A stretch of DNA of 64,000 bases from Selaginella moellendorffii (lineage: Eukaryota > Plantae > Lycopodiophyta): the NCBI RefSeq assembly GCF_000143415.4, contig NW_003314281.1, positions 1,465,882-1,529,881 of the forward strand, written 5' to 3'. The stretch's first letter is position 1, and each line of letters starts with the position of its first letter. The notes below the pieces were generated by a model. The model had not been told where the DNA came from. It saw only the letters and a program-made list of their open reading frames with translations, and did not search any database. The position numbers and the translations under genes are program-made. Below, in pieces: positions 20,864 to 31,914 of this stretch.

Positions 20864-23800
20864 ATGGCCTATCGCCGTCTCCTCCTTATTCTCACGCTCG
20901 GCCTCTTCGCAGCACCGGCTCAAGTTTCAGGCCAACCGGGTCAGTAGCATCTCTCTCTCATCAGAAAACATCAAACGAAGAAGAACAAGCTCTCATCTCA
21001 TATTTTGACAGGTTTCTTGAGCCTGGACTGCGGAGCTTTTGACAGCCACACTGATGAAAATGGCATCAATTGGACACCCGATGACAGCTTTATCACCAGC
21101 TCCTTGAAAGCGGGCACGGATGCCATCCTGCAGCGCCTTCGATACTTTCCAGACACCTCCCGGAAGCACTGCTATGCACTTCCGGTTTTGGTGGGAGAGA
21201 ACTACATCTTGAGGCCGTGGTTCTACTATGACCGCCTGGAATCAACTTTGGCAGAATTTGAGATTATGATTAGTGCAAACACAGTGGTTAACTTGAGCAT
21301 TAAAGGGCAGTCGACATCGTATTATGAGTTTGTGGTGAAAGCCACGAACTCGACGCTGGATCTGTGCCTCGGAACCCGCTCCGCCTCACCGGCAAACATC
21401 CCATTCATCTCCGCGATCGAGCTCAGAAGGCTCCCTCCTGGAATGCGAGCAAACGCTTCGGATTCCGGTGAGGTTTTGGTCATGTCGAGAAGGATCAACC
21501 TTGGAGGAGCTTCGGATTCAGACATCAGGTGACAAACTCCCTCAGATATTTGTTTCCTATCTTCTTTTCATCTTAATTCTGCCAGGTATCCTGATGATCC
21601 CTACGATCGGATATGGAGAGCTGATAATGGTTTCAGCAACATGAGGAGCTATCCGCAGATTAGCACCAACGCAACGGGTTTTACGGACAAAACTTACAAC
21701 AAGCCTCCTCCTGCAGTGATGAGAACCGCCATCACCTCCACGTCCGTCATGGTTTTCGAGTTTCCAGCAAACCTCGATGCAACAAAGTACTATGTAAACT
21801 TTTACTTTGCTGAGTTTGGAAACAGCACGAGGGATTTCGTGGTTCAATTCAACAGAAGCTCGTTTCCCACCACACTGACTACGACTAATGTTAGCCTCCA
21901 GCCTCAGACTTTTGTGCAAATGTACTTTCCAGTTCCTCTGGAGCTCTCCAATCCAACACCCTTCTCCTTCGTCCCAGCGCCGAACGGCTCAATCCTGAAT
22001 GCGGCCGAGCTTTTCAAGTACATGGGAGATCTTCTTCCAGGAACAGAACCCGACGATGGTCCGCCCGATTGCCTTTTGTTCCTGAAACACCTCTGTTTGA
22101 TTTGCTTTTTCTTTGCTGCAACAGTGATAGCGATACGGGAAGTGATGAACGATTTTAATCTGTCTGGATGGTCTGGAGATCCATGCCGGCCTGTCTCTTA
22201 CACTTGGAGATGGATCACTTGTGCCACAGGCATAATCCCGGCAAGGATCACCGAGTTGTGAGTGAGATTAGGAGGAGTTCCCTCGAGAAAGAACTTATAT
22301 ATATGTGAATCTACAGGAACTTATCCAACCGTGGTCTCAAAGGCAACATATCCGGATCCATCGCAAAGCTAGCACACCTGACAAAAATGTAAAACTGATG
22401 AACATTCTTAATTTCTCTAAATTTTCATGTGGTTTTATTATCAGATATCTGGATAACAACGCATTGACAGGGCCAGTTCCAAGTTTTAGCTCCTTGAAGA
22501 ACCTCACGGTCCTGTGAGTATGTTGTATTGTTTTAAGAAAAAAACGTAACAGCCTTTCTCTGTGTTCATATCTTACAGGTCCCTAGACAACAACAGCTTC
22601 GATTGCATACCACCGGAACGACAATCCTCTTTCAAGTCAGAATTTACGTTGTTTCTCTAGTCTGATGCATAATTATATCTTTTTTCCAGCGGTTCAAATG
22701 TCCCATTATGCGCAAAGGTGCCCGAGAAAATCTTCGCCAAGAAGAAAAGTAACACAAAAATCATAGTTGAAATAGCAGTACCATGTGTAGCGCTACTGTT
22801 AGTTGGAGCTGGAATCGCAGTATGCTTGATCACCCGTCGGCCAGCAAGACGGCCAAAAGAACAGGGACAAGTGAACGTTAGTCCAGGTAAGTCAACGATA
22901 GTCCAAATAAGCTGCAGATTACAGAGTCCTGGTGGCTTACACGATTTCGTTCTTTCCAGGTTTGACTCCACAGTCTCCAGACTCAAGCACCAGAAAATTC
23001 ACTTTCAGAGAAGTGACCAACGCAACGAACAACTTCCAAAAGGTTGTTGGCGAGGGAAGCTTTGGGCCAGTTTATTATGGACACCTTTCAAACGGCGTTG
23101 AGATTGCAGTCAAGGTTTTATCGAGCAACTCAAGGCAAGGCCACCAGGAATTCAAGGCGGAGGTGAGTTTTTTATTTAGATTTGTGTTGCTATGCATGAT
23201 TAAAATTTGAACCAGATCGATATTCTATCAGTTGGAATCTGGTATCCTTTATTGGCTATTGTAGTCAGGGGTCGCAACTCATGTTGGTCTACGAGTTTCT
23301 GTCAAATGGAACTTTGAGAGAGCATCTATATGGTTAGTGAGCTTAAAATTGATCTGTGGGCTATATATATGTTACAGGCACAGGTCGCCCGACATTAAGC
23401 TGGAAAACCCGGCTGCGAATCGCCTTAGACGCTGCTCAAGGTAGGCAAAGTTTTGAGCTGGCAAATTTGGATGGATATATTCTTTGAATCAGGATTGGAG
23501 TATCTGCACAGTTCATGCAATCAACACATCATTCATCGAGATGTGAAAACAACCAACATACTTTTGAGCTATGCCATGGTTGCCAAGGTCAGCGATTTTG
23601 GCTTGTCCAAACTTTACGATAGGAATTATGCGTCGCATGTTTCAACTGATGTCAAAGGAACTCCGGGATATCTCGATCCAGAGTGAGTGAGCATGAGGAT
23701 ATAATTTTTTTTCCAACCATATTAATATGTTGGTTTTCCAGGTACCATTCCTACAGCAGGCTAACGGAAAAATCAGATGTATACAGCTTTGGAATAGTAC

Positions 23801-24139
23801 TATTTGAGATTGTTTGCGCCCGTGAGCCCATCAAATCATCGCTTCCAGAGGATCAAGTCGTGCTCTCAAAATGGGTAAGAATTCAGATCTTTTGCTCTTG
23901 ACATTAACGTTTTCTTTTTCCAGGCATGTAAAGAGCTCGAGAAGGGCAACCTGCGGAGTGTGATGGATGAAAGGCTCTCAGGCTACAAGGAGCAGGCAGC
24001 ATGGAAGATCTTGGAGGTTGCAATGAAGTGCGTGGAGCATTCTTCTGACAGGAGGCCCAGCATGAGCATGGTTACGGCCGAGCTGAGGGAAGCGATTCAT
24101 CTTGAGGAGGATGGAAGCTCACTCTATGGTAGCTTTTAA
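20864..24139 (+). CDS. Malectin-like/LRR receptor-like kinase (LRR-I type), multi-exon, with an apparent frameshift in the kinase domain at ~23234
   Basis: Signal peptide [25 protein letters not shown]|GFLSLDCG; [11 protein letters not shown]; WSGDPC; LRR exons; [22 protein letters not shown]; [42 protein letters not shown]. Confidence 0.8.
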
Positions 24140-24321
24140 CAGAGGAAGATAAATGATGCCTCCATTTCGTCTTTTATTCTAAATTTAAAACAACTTCCAA
24201 GAATCACATAAACAAAAGCACACATGACCTACATATTTTGGTTATAGTAAAATATTTTACTGAACAAAGAAACTAGCTAAACGAGATATTTTAGTCAAAT
24301 CGCTCAAAGTAATTGAAAAAT

Positions 24322-24891
24322 TCAGCATTTTGATGAACTAGTACCTGAGGCAGAGGGACCCTTGCGGCACTCGTGTAGAAGATCCAGATAAAACTGGCAG
24401 GCACTGCCATTCAAGCTGATACACTGACAGAGAAATAAAATGATAAAGCAGCCATAAAAACAAGAAAGAGCTCTCATACTTGGTTGAAAGCTTTGATTTG
24501 GTTGCTGCAGGTAACAGTGGAAACAGCAATTGTTGGCGATGCATCAGCAAGTTGGAAAGTGTGGGGCCACATCCACTTGGGCTGTGCCAAGTGCCAGTCC
24601 TGAAATCGCTCAATCAGTTCCATTCCAGGAACATAAGGGGAGAGAGAGCATCTTTCTCTTGAGAAAAAAAGAGTGAGCCATTTTACCGTGGGCGACCATG
24701 CTGCCCAGTCCACCAACTATGCCACCGACTGGAACTGGAGCCCGCTGAGGGGCTGGGGCGTGATAAACTACACAAGAATCAGAACGTCAATACAAAGTGG
24801 CCGCGTAGACACGAGGAGGTGGCCGAGCTAGATGAAAAAAAAACGCTTAGAACTGAGCATTCTGCATACCACCACCACGGCTATGTGGCAT
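24322..24891 (-). CDS. Divergent CHCH-domain (twin CX9C; CHCHD2/Mix17-like) mitochondrial protein or recent pseudogene; about 5 small exons
   Basis: Manual splicing gives MPHSRGG|ARPP|LYHAPAPQRAPVPVGGIVGGLGSMVAH|GM...CSNQIKAFNQ|CISLNGSACQFYLDLLHECRK, with two CX9C motifs. Confidence 0.65.
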
Positions 24892-26189
24892 AGGTACGAT
24901 AAGCAGAAGGGAAAAGAAAGACAATGTAGGAAGGAAGCTTTAGCGCCGGAGTGCCTTTTATTCCGGCGGATGCTGGTGGCCTGGCAAGTGTCCATTTGCT
25001 AGCAATCAGCGCCTTGACCGGTTGACTTTCATGGCCTTGACTTTGAGCTTCCAATTCTTTCTTTGAACCAAAAGAATACCTGGTTGGCTTTCAATACCGG
25101 TTTAACCAATGATTCCAATGTATAAACCAATATACATTTGCCATTTGGCTCATGCCAGCTTGGACGACTCCCTCACTCACATGACAATATCAAATCTGTG
25201 AGTAATAGGAAAGAGAACCTGTTCATCCTTTCCATCCTACGGAAGCGTCCAGAGTCAATCGTGGTATACCTCGTCCTCTTTCTCAGGCATGATGTTCGTC
25301 GGAAGATCTCGGGCCTTGGCATCTGGTTCTATTCCCCAAGTTGCGATTGACCGGGAAGGGATCCAACCATGCATAAAACCATGACGACAAACCTGCAGCA
25401 CAATAAGCTGCCTCTTCTAGCCTTAAACTGAAGCCGCCTGCCATTAGTTTGCCCGCTACATGCGGGCATACGCATCGGGGTGAAGCAATATTTACCTCGT
25501 TCTCTTTCAGCAAAAATGAAAAGCCCTCGCTCTTGTGACAGATCAAATTCTGGCACGCTTCTGAGCTTGCTCGTAGATCCTTTGGCCAGTCTTTGCGGGC
25601 ACTCGATCTGGAAGAGTGTTTCAAAATATGGTTTTCCTGGAACATAAACAAACTCACCATTTCGGCAGCTGCTGCCAAATTTCCAGCCGTCCCCGCGCAA
25701 TATTTCACCCCTATGCCACTGACCATCGCACGGCGCCATCGTCGCCGCGCTCGCTCGCCATAGCTAAATAAAAGTTTTGTGTTTAATATTGGAAATTGAT
25801 TTTTCTTGTTCAACTTAATTTTTTTTTCTTTAGAGACTGCATGCAATCGCCCAACTGGTTGCCACCTCTAGAAGGGGACACTCCATGAACACCTTTCAAC
25901 TGACATGAGACCCAAGTCAAAGAAGTATCGGACGATAAAGAGAAAATCAAAGAGAAAACCCAGCAAAAGATTAAGAAAGGAAAGAAAGACCAAGATATTG
26001 CCAAGATGCTTCGGTTTTGAAAGCTAGCTGTGAGATTGAGAGTTGGTAAGCATTGCGACATCGTTTGAAAGTCCGCCTTCTTCAACGAAACAGCCAGAGG
26101 TGATGGCTCACCGATAAAGGTGTGGAGCTTAGCTGAGCTCTTATGTTTCCACTCGCCACCAGCGCCTCGAGCATCGCGTTCCACGCGAG

Positions 26190-26370
26190 ATCAGCAAGAG
26201 TGCCCTCTACGCTGCCGAGAGTCCGCATTCTTGTCCTGGATTGCTGGCTGCTCTAGCTTGGCTCGTCAATTACGACGACAAGGCTCGAGAAATCAAAGGG
26301 AATGGTGGTGGATTGGGCTACGGATTTTATTTACCTCACCCAAGCTTATAACGAGTTTCAACTCGTGCAG
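26190..26370 (+). pseudogene. Fragment resembling kinetochore NDC80/HEC1 (end of CH domain)
   Basis: ISKSALYAAESPHSCPGLLAALAWLV, then after a frameshift FIYLTQAYNEF, resembles the NDC80 SKSAL..GSPH.WP..LAAL.WL motif. Confidence 0.65.
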
Positions 26371-26652
26371 CATGCAGATCAGCAATGTAACCTTAGTGAT
26401 CAGCTCTGGAAAGATTCCATGATCCACGGGCATGAAATTAAAGCCAAGAACTGGCACGCACTGCGTGCATGGCTACACGCGGTGCACGAAGACCGATCCC
26501 ATCGGCATGGAAACCATTCTGGAGCATCTCTCCAAACAGCTCGATTGCTCGCCCGCGAAGAAGACCCGGAGTTTGGGAGCTCGATATCTCATGCCTGTTC
26601 ATCCGGACGGGTGATCGAGGCATTAATTGGATTGAAAGAACAAAAAGTATGA

Positions 26653-27560
26653 TCATAGCTTTAACTTTGGCAGGATCTTCAATGCCATCTTTAGTCCGAT
26701 CCTGCGACGCGCTTCCATGGAGATCTTCGGCTGGTCCATCTTGTTGGGCTTGTTTGGCAGTGGGGTTTCGAGCTTGGGCACATCTGTTTCCAGCTTCTCA
26801 AGCTTGTCCAAAGACTTGAGACCTTGGATCTTGCACAATGCCTCGCATAGGAGCCTCTTGAGGATCTCGTCTGTCAAGCTGTGGTTGACATCCATCCTCT
26901 CTGCAACATCCATACTTTGCTTTGCAAGATCGAATCGTTGCTCGAGTCTTCCTTGCTCCTCCTTGTGCCGCTCTTCCAGCTTGCGCAGCTTCACTACCAG
27001 GACTATCCCGTCCTCTTGGAGCCTGCCTTGCTCTTGAGCGCTTCCTGCCTCTTGCAAAAGCTCAGGAGCTCCTCTCCCTGCTTATCCAACTTTTCCATTA
27101 CAAGATTGCTGAAGCTCTCGTATTTCATCTTGTGCTGCTCGTCCAGCTTGCGCAGTGCCGCTTCCACATCCGCTTCGAGCGTAATCTTCTGCTGCTTGCA
27201 AACGCTGAGGAACTCCTCTCGCTGCTCATCCATCTTTTCCATTACACGATTGTTGAAGCTGGTCTGTCCCATATCTTGTGCTGCTCCAGTGCCGCTTCTT
27301 GAGCTCTCACATCCGCTTCGAGCTTGCCCTGCTCGATCTGTGCTGCCCTAGCGCCGCTTCCTGTCTCGTGCAATCGCTGAGGAGCTCCCCCCGCATCTTT
27401 TCCAGTACAAGATTGTTTCTTCAGCTTGCGCAAGGCCTCTTGAACCCGCGCTGTGACATCCGCTAGCTTCGCTTGCTCCTCCTGAACCTTTTGTGCATCG
27501 AGCTCGCTCAAGAGAGGTACTTTCCGGATCGCATCCTCCGCCTGATCCAGCACCTGCGCC
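26653..27560 (-). pseudogene. Frameshifted paralogue of the coiled-coil repeat gene at 11205-12743
   Basis: Shared C-terminus FDLAKQSMDVA..EILKRLLCEALCKIQGLKSLDKLEK..EARRRIGLKMA; split over three ORFs; fewer repeat units. Confidence 0.85.
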
Positions 27561-27634
27561 AGCTCTGTATCGTACCTAGAACTTTTCGGGCTCCATCCTA
27601 TTTACAGCCGAGTCCTTCGTCAAGCTCTTGGACA

Positions 27635-30139
27635 CTAGGAAATCCCATCCAGCTTGCAAGCAGTGAGCAGCCCCGTGACAGCAGACAAATCCGCAGGGAA
27701 AGGCATGAGGCCCAGCAGCTCCGTCGCCTCGTCCAGCCATCCCGAGCGGCAAAACACGTCCGCCATGCAGTTGAAGTGATCCTTGACGGGCTTGATCCAG
27801 AAATCCGCCTGCATTGCCACGAAGAACTCCAGGCTCTGCGACAATCTCCCACTGTGGCTGCTGGAGATCAAGATCTCCGTGAATGTGATCTCGTCCGGGA
27901 AGCACAGCCCGTCCAGGATCATCTCGTGAAACACCGTAGATGCCTCGCTCGTATGCCCGTGCTGAGAATACGCCATCATCATCGCGTTCCACGACACCAC
28001 CGTCCTCTCGGGAATCCGATCGAAGAAACTCCTTGATTCCTGGAGCTCTCCTTGCTGAGCCCACGCCGTGACCATCGACGTCCACGACGCGGCGTCCCAC
28101 TGTGGACAAAGGTCAAAGCACCGCTTCGCTTGATCCATTTGCCCAAGTTGCGCATACGCCGAGATCGTCGAAGTCCATGACACCACGCTCTGTTCTTCCA
28201 TTCCGGTGATCAGCTGGAGAGCTCTCTCCGCTCGCCCGCTCCTCGCCAAGCCGGCTATCACCGCGCTACACGAAGAACAGCCGTGCCGGGGCATCCGATC
28301 GAGCAGAAGCTCCGCCTGGTCGATGCAGTCATTGTGGGCGGTGGCGGAGATGACCACGGCCCACGATACGGCGTTGCGGTGGCGCATCCGATCGAACATC
28401 TTGGTGGCGCGGGTGGTGTCCCCGGCGGCGGCGTAGGCGGAGATCATGAGCGTGCACAGCACCGTGTCGTGCTCGGGCGCACGGTGGAACGCGATGGTGG
28501 CATCGACCACCAGGTGATTCTGTGCGTATGCTCCCACCATCGCGCTCCACGAGGAGGAATCCCACGCAGGCATTCTCTCGAACGCGAACCGGGCGCTCGC
28601 GGCGTCGCGACCGCTGGAGAACGCTTGAATGAGAGAGGTCCACGCCAGCGGACACCGCCTCGGGGAGCGGTCAAAGATCTCCCTTGCCTCGCCCAGCCAG
28701 CCACTCTGGCCGTACCCCGCCACTAGCGACGCCGCAGAGGCGGCGTCTCTCTCCGGTGATCGCTCGGATAGGTCCCGCGCCTCCGAGAGGTACCCAGCTT
28801 GGGCATAGCCCGAGACGAGCTCGCCCCATGCCTGTGCGTCCAGGACAGGGAATCGATCAAGAACAGCGCGAGCATCGTCCAGCCGCCCGGATCGAGTGTA
28901 GGATTGGAGCAGCGCGTGCCAGGATCCGGAGTTTCTCCTCTCCATCCTGTCGAAGATGGCCCTGGGATCGTGCTCGATGCCGATGAGCGAGAAGGCGATG
29001 GCGTTCCAGGAGATGGTTTCTAGATCTAGAGGGGCTTGCCGGATCATCGCGTGGGCCTGGTCGAGATCGCCGTGCTGCGCGCAGCAGGAGATGATGGAGC
29101 TCCAGGACGAGGAGCTCCACTGGGGCATCCTGGAGAAGACATCCATCGCGGTGGAGAGCCGCCCTCTCTCGGCGTAGGCGCGGATCAAGACGCTCCAGGC
29201 GATGGCGTTCCTCTCGGGGATGAGTGAATCGAAGATGATCCCGGCGGCCACGAGCGCTGTTGGCGATGATCCATTGTTGGCGTTGGCATAGATCGTGAGC
29301 AGCGTCGTCCAGGAGATCACGTCCCTGGATGGCATTTTCTCAAAGACCATCTCGGCCTTTTCTCTAGAGCGTTGCGATCGAGACTTGAGTAGCGCATTCC
29401 AAGAGACTTGGTTCCTCTCGGGCATTTCAGCAAAGAGGCAATCAGCAACATCAAAATGCCCTAACTCGGCATTTGCGTAAATCATCATGTTCCAGCATGG
29501 GATGCTTCTCTCAGGCATTTTATTGAACAATTGTGATGCCGATTCGATTTCGCCAGCTTTCGCATAAGATGTGACTACGCTCGTCAAGGAGAAAGCGTCA
29601 GCGCAAGGAATCCTTTCAAATATAAAGCTGACGCGATCAAGATCCCCGTCTTTGGCATAAACTGCGATAAGAGAGTTCCAGGAGGCATCGTTTCTCTGAG
29701 GAGTTCTATCAAATAATTCTTGCGCGCGATCAATATTTTTGGCTCTACCGTATGCCGCGATCATCGTATTCCACAACACGGTGCTTCGATCGTGGAGCTC
29801 TTCGAACATTCTCTCGGCGTGATCAAGATACCCATTGACGGCATATGCCTGGATCATCGCGCTGCAGGACCGCGCGTTTGGAGAATCCATGGCGTCAAGA
29901 ACAGACTTGGCGTCCTCCACGCTGCCACACTTGCCAAACATCTCGATCATAAGATGGGAGAGGTAGCGGCTGCTGTCCTTGAATCGGCTATCGGCAATGA
30001 TCCGGTGGACAAGCCTCGCATCGGCAAGACTGCTGCTCCTCCCGACGTTCCTCACGATCTCTCCCAGCTCCTGGATCGTCTCGGCTCTCTGGCAATCGCC
30101 CTTGAGCGCGCGCTTGACGAGCTTCTTCCAAGAGATCAT
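27635..30139 (-). CDS. PLS-class PPR protein (~834 aa from ATG 30139), intronless, very long ~31-aa motif array, ending in the E1 region (PPR-B)
   Basis: MIEMFGKCGS, more than 20 PPR units, PDEITFTEILISSSHSG...HFNCMADVFCRSG. Confidence 0.92.
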   Translation of the reverse strand: MISWKKLVKRALKGDCQRAETIQELGEIVRNVGRSSSLADARLVHRIIADSRFKDSSRYLSHLMIEMFGKCGSVEDAKSVLDAMDSPNARSCSAMIQAYAVNGYLDHAERMFEELHDRSTVLWNTMIAAYGRAKNIDRAQELFDRTPQRNDASWNSLIAVYAKDGDLDRVSFIFERIPCADAFSLTSVVTSYAKAGEIESASQLFNKMPERSIPCWNMMIYANAELGHFDVADCLFAEMPERNQVSWNALLKSRSQRSREKAEMVFEKMPSRDVISWTTLLTIYANANNGSSPTALVAAGIIFDSLIPERNAIAWSVLIRAYAERGRLSTAMDVFSRMPQWSSSSWSSIISCCAQHGDLDQAHAMIRQAPLDLETISWNAIAFSLIGIEHDPRAIFDRMERRNSGSWHALLQSYTRSGRLDDARAVLDRFPVLDAQAWGELVSGYAQAGYLSEARDLSERSPERDAASAASLVAGYGQSGWLGEAREIFDRSPRRCPLAWTSLIQAFSSGRDAASARFAFERMPAWDSSSWSAMVGAYAQNHLVVDATIAFHRAPEHDTVLCTLMISAYAAAGDTTRATKMFDRMRHRNAVSWAVVISATAHNDCIDQAELLLDRMPRHGCSSCSAVIAGLARSGRAERALQLITGMEEQSVVSWTSTISAYAQLGQMDQAKRCFDLCPQWDAASWTSMVTAWAQQGELQESRSFFDRIPERTVVSWNAMMMAYSQHGHTSEASTVFHEMILDGLCFPDEITFTEILISSSHSGRLSQSLEFFVAMQADFWIKPVKDHFNCMADVFCRSGWLDEATELLGLMPFPADLSAVTGLLTACKLDGIS

Positions 30140-30148
30140 CGTCACGAG

Positions 30149-31135
30149 TCATGGAGGAGCGATCTGATTCAGCGCCGGCCTTCTTCGCGATGGCTGCTGC
30201 TTGTAGAAGCTGGAGAGAAGAACATAGTGCGCGCTATCTGCTGGATGGAGCTCCGCGGCATTCGCTGCCGCGAGATCCGCGCGAGTCCCATCGCCGTGGA
30301 GCGCACTCGAATTCAGCAGCATCGACCACGCGAGATTGTTTGGAAGGAATGGCATCCTCTCGACCCACCGCCGCGTTGAGATCCTCTGGAAGAACACCCT
30401 AGAGCAGAAGAGATCCAGCGAGCTCGCGATCTGGCCGTTCTGCGCGTACCCAGCGATCATCACGTTCCAGGAGATCGCGTCGCTCCGCCATGGCGTCAAA
30501 GGTCTCCCTGGCATCGCCCATCCAAGCGCCAAGGAAATGCAAGCCACGGGATCATTGTAAGTCATCGCCTGGAAGATCGATCTCGCCTCGTCTAGCCGAT
30601 CCACGAGATGATGCTCCGCGTCTTCATCGCCAGGAAGAAGTCCCAGATCCGGCAACTGGCCCGTACCACAACACAACATCGCGGTCCCGCATGGAATCAA
30701 AGAAGAGCTTCGCATCGTCGATGGTTAGCTCCGCAAGAAGCAAATGTTGCGAGCATAAAAGACCATGCCACAGCATTGCGTTACATCGAAAATAGTCTTC
30801 TAGGCATATCCTTACAGAGTTGCCGTCCATGTGACATTCTACAAGGACAAGCCAAACTATGAGATTGCTAAAGATGCCGAAAATGGGCAAATTGTGCTAC
30901 TATGGATTCGTTGCGATGGCGCATGGCAAAGGACACGAATTGCTTCCTAGAAGTGCTGGTTTGTGTGTAGCCAACTAGAATGAGATAAAACACCATAAGG
31001 CAATTCCATGTCCTGCTAGTCATCGAATCAAACACAGCCTTGGCGCGATCAATCTGCCTGGCGTGGGTGTAGCACTGGATCATCGTCGTCCAGGTGTTGG
31101 CTGTCCACAAACGCTCTTACGCTTGGTAAGTTCCA
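30149..31135 (-). pseudogene. Degenerate, internally deleted copy of PPR-A (31862-33724)
   Basis: Near-identical blocks (WTTMIQCYTHA, EDAKLFFDSM, DAISWNVMIAGYAQNG, ADLAAANAAEL..HYVLLSSFYKQQPSRRR) broken by frameshifts and deletions. Confidence 0.88.
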
Positions 31136-31629
31136 CGAGACGATATCTAGTCATCCAGCTCAAGCACAAGGAGGTGCCCCGAGTAGGTGCCGGGATAGGT
31201 GATGGACTTGTGAAGAAACCCAAGTCATCCCCGTGAAAAGTTTTGCTCTTTCCCTGTTGTAGCAGCTTAATGTCTTGGAGGACATGGAAGCTCAAGATTG
31301 TGAAGCTACATAAAGCTCTTGTGAGCTAGCTGTTTTAGAAACATTGCAAATTTTTAAAAAGACAAGATTTGAGAAAATACAGGACATTAGGTTAGATCTA
31401 GATTTCATGGTTGAAAAATCAACTTTTTTGGTGGGCTAGAAGGATCCCTGCGGCATTCAGTGAGTATGCCATGGGAAAATTGGCAAGGCGTAATTTCATT
31501 ACTTTTCGAACGAAGACACTGAAAAGAGAAAGAAAAAAGAAAAAAAGAAAGAAAAGGGGGCCTTCGTACCTCTTGAAAAGCTCTCATCTGGTTGCTGCAG
31601 GCATCAGCTGCAAGATGAAAAGAGTGGAT

Positions 31630-31914
31630 CCTCGCGCTCGAGGACCGCGCGTTTGGAGAATCTATAGCGTCAAGAACAGCCTTGGCGTCGTTTACGCTGC
31701 CACACTTTCCAAACATCTGGATCATAAGATGGGGGAGATAGGGGCTGGTGTCATTGAATTGGCTATCGGCAATGATCCGGTGGACGAGCCTCGCATCGCT
31801 GGGACTCCTGCTCCTCCCAACGTTCCTCACGATCTCTCCCAGCTCCTGGATCGTCTCGGCTCTATGCCAATCCCTCTTGAGCGCGTGCTTGACGAGCTTC
31901 TTCCAAGAGATCAT
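31630..31914 (-). pseudogene. 5'-only truncated copy of PPR-B
   Basis: MISWKKLVKHALK...MIQMFGKCGSVNDAKAVLDAIDSPNARS matches the PPR-B N-terminus; homology stops near 31635. Confidence 0.88.
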
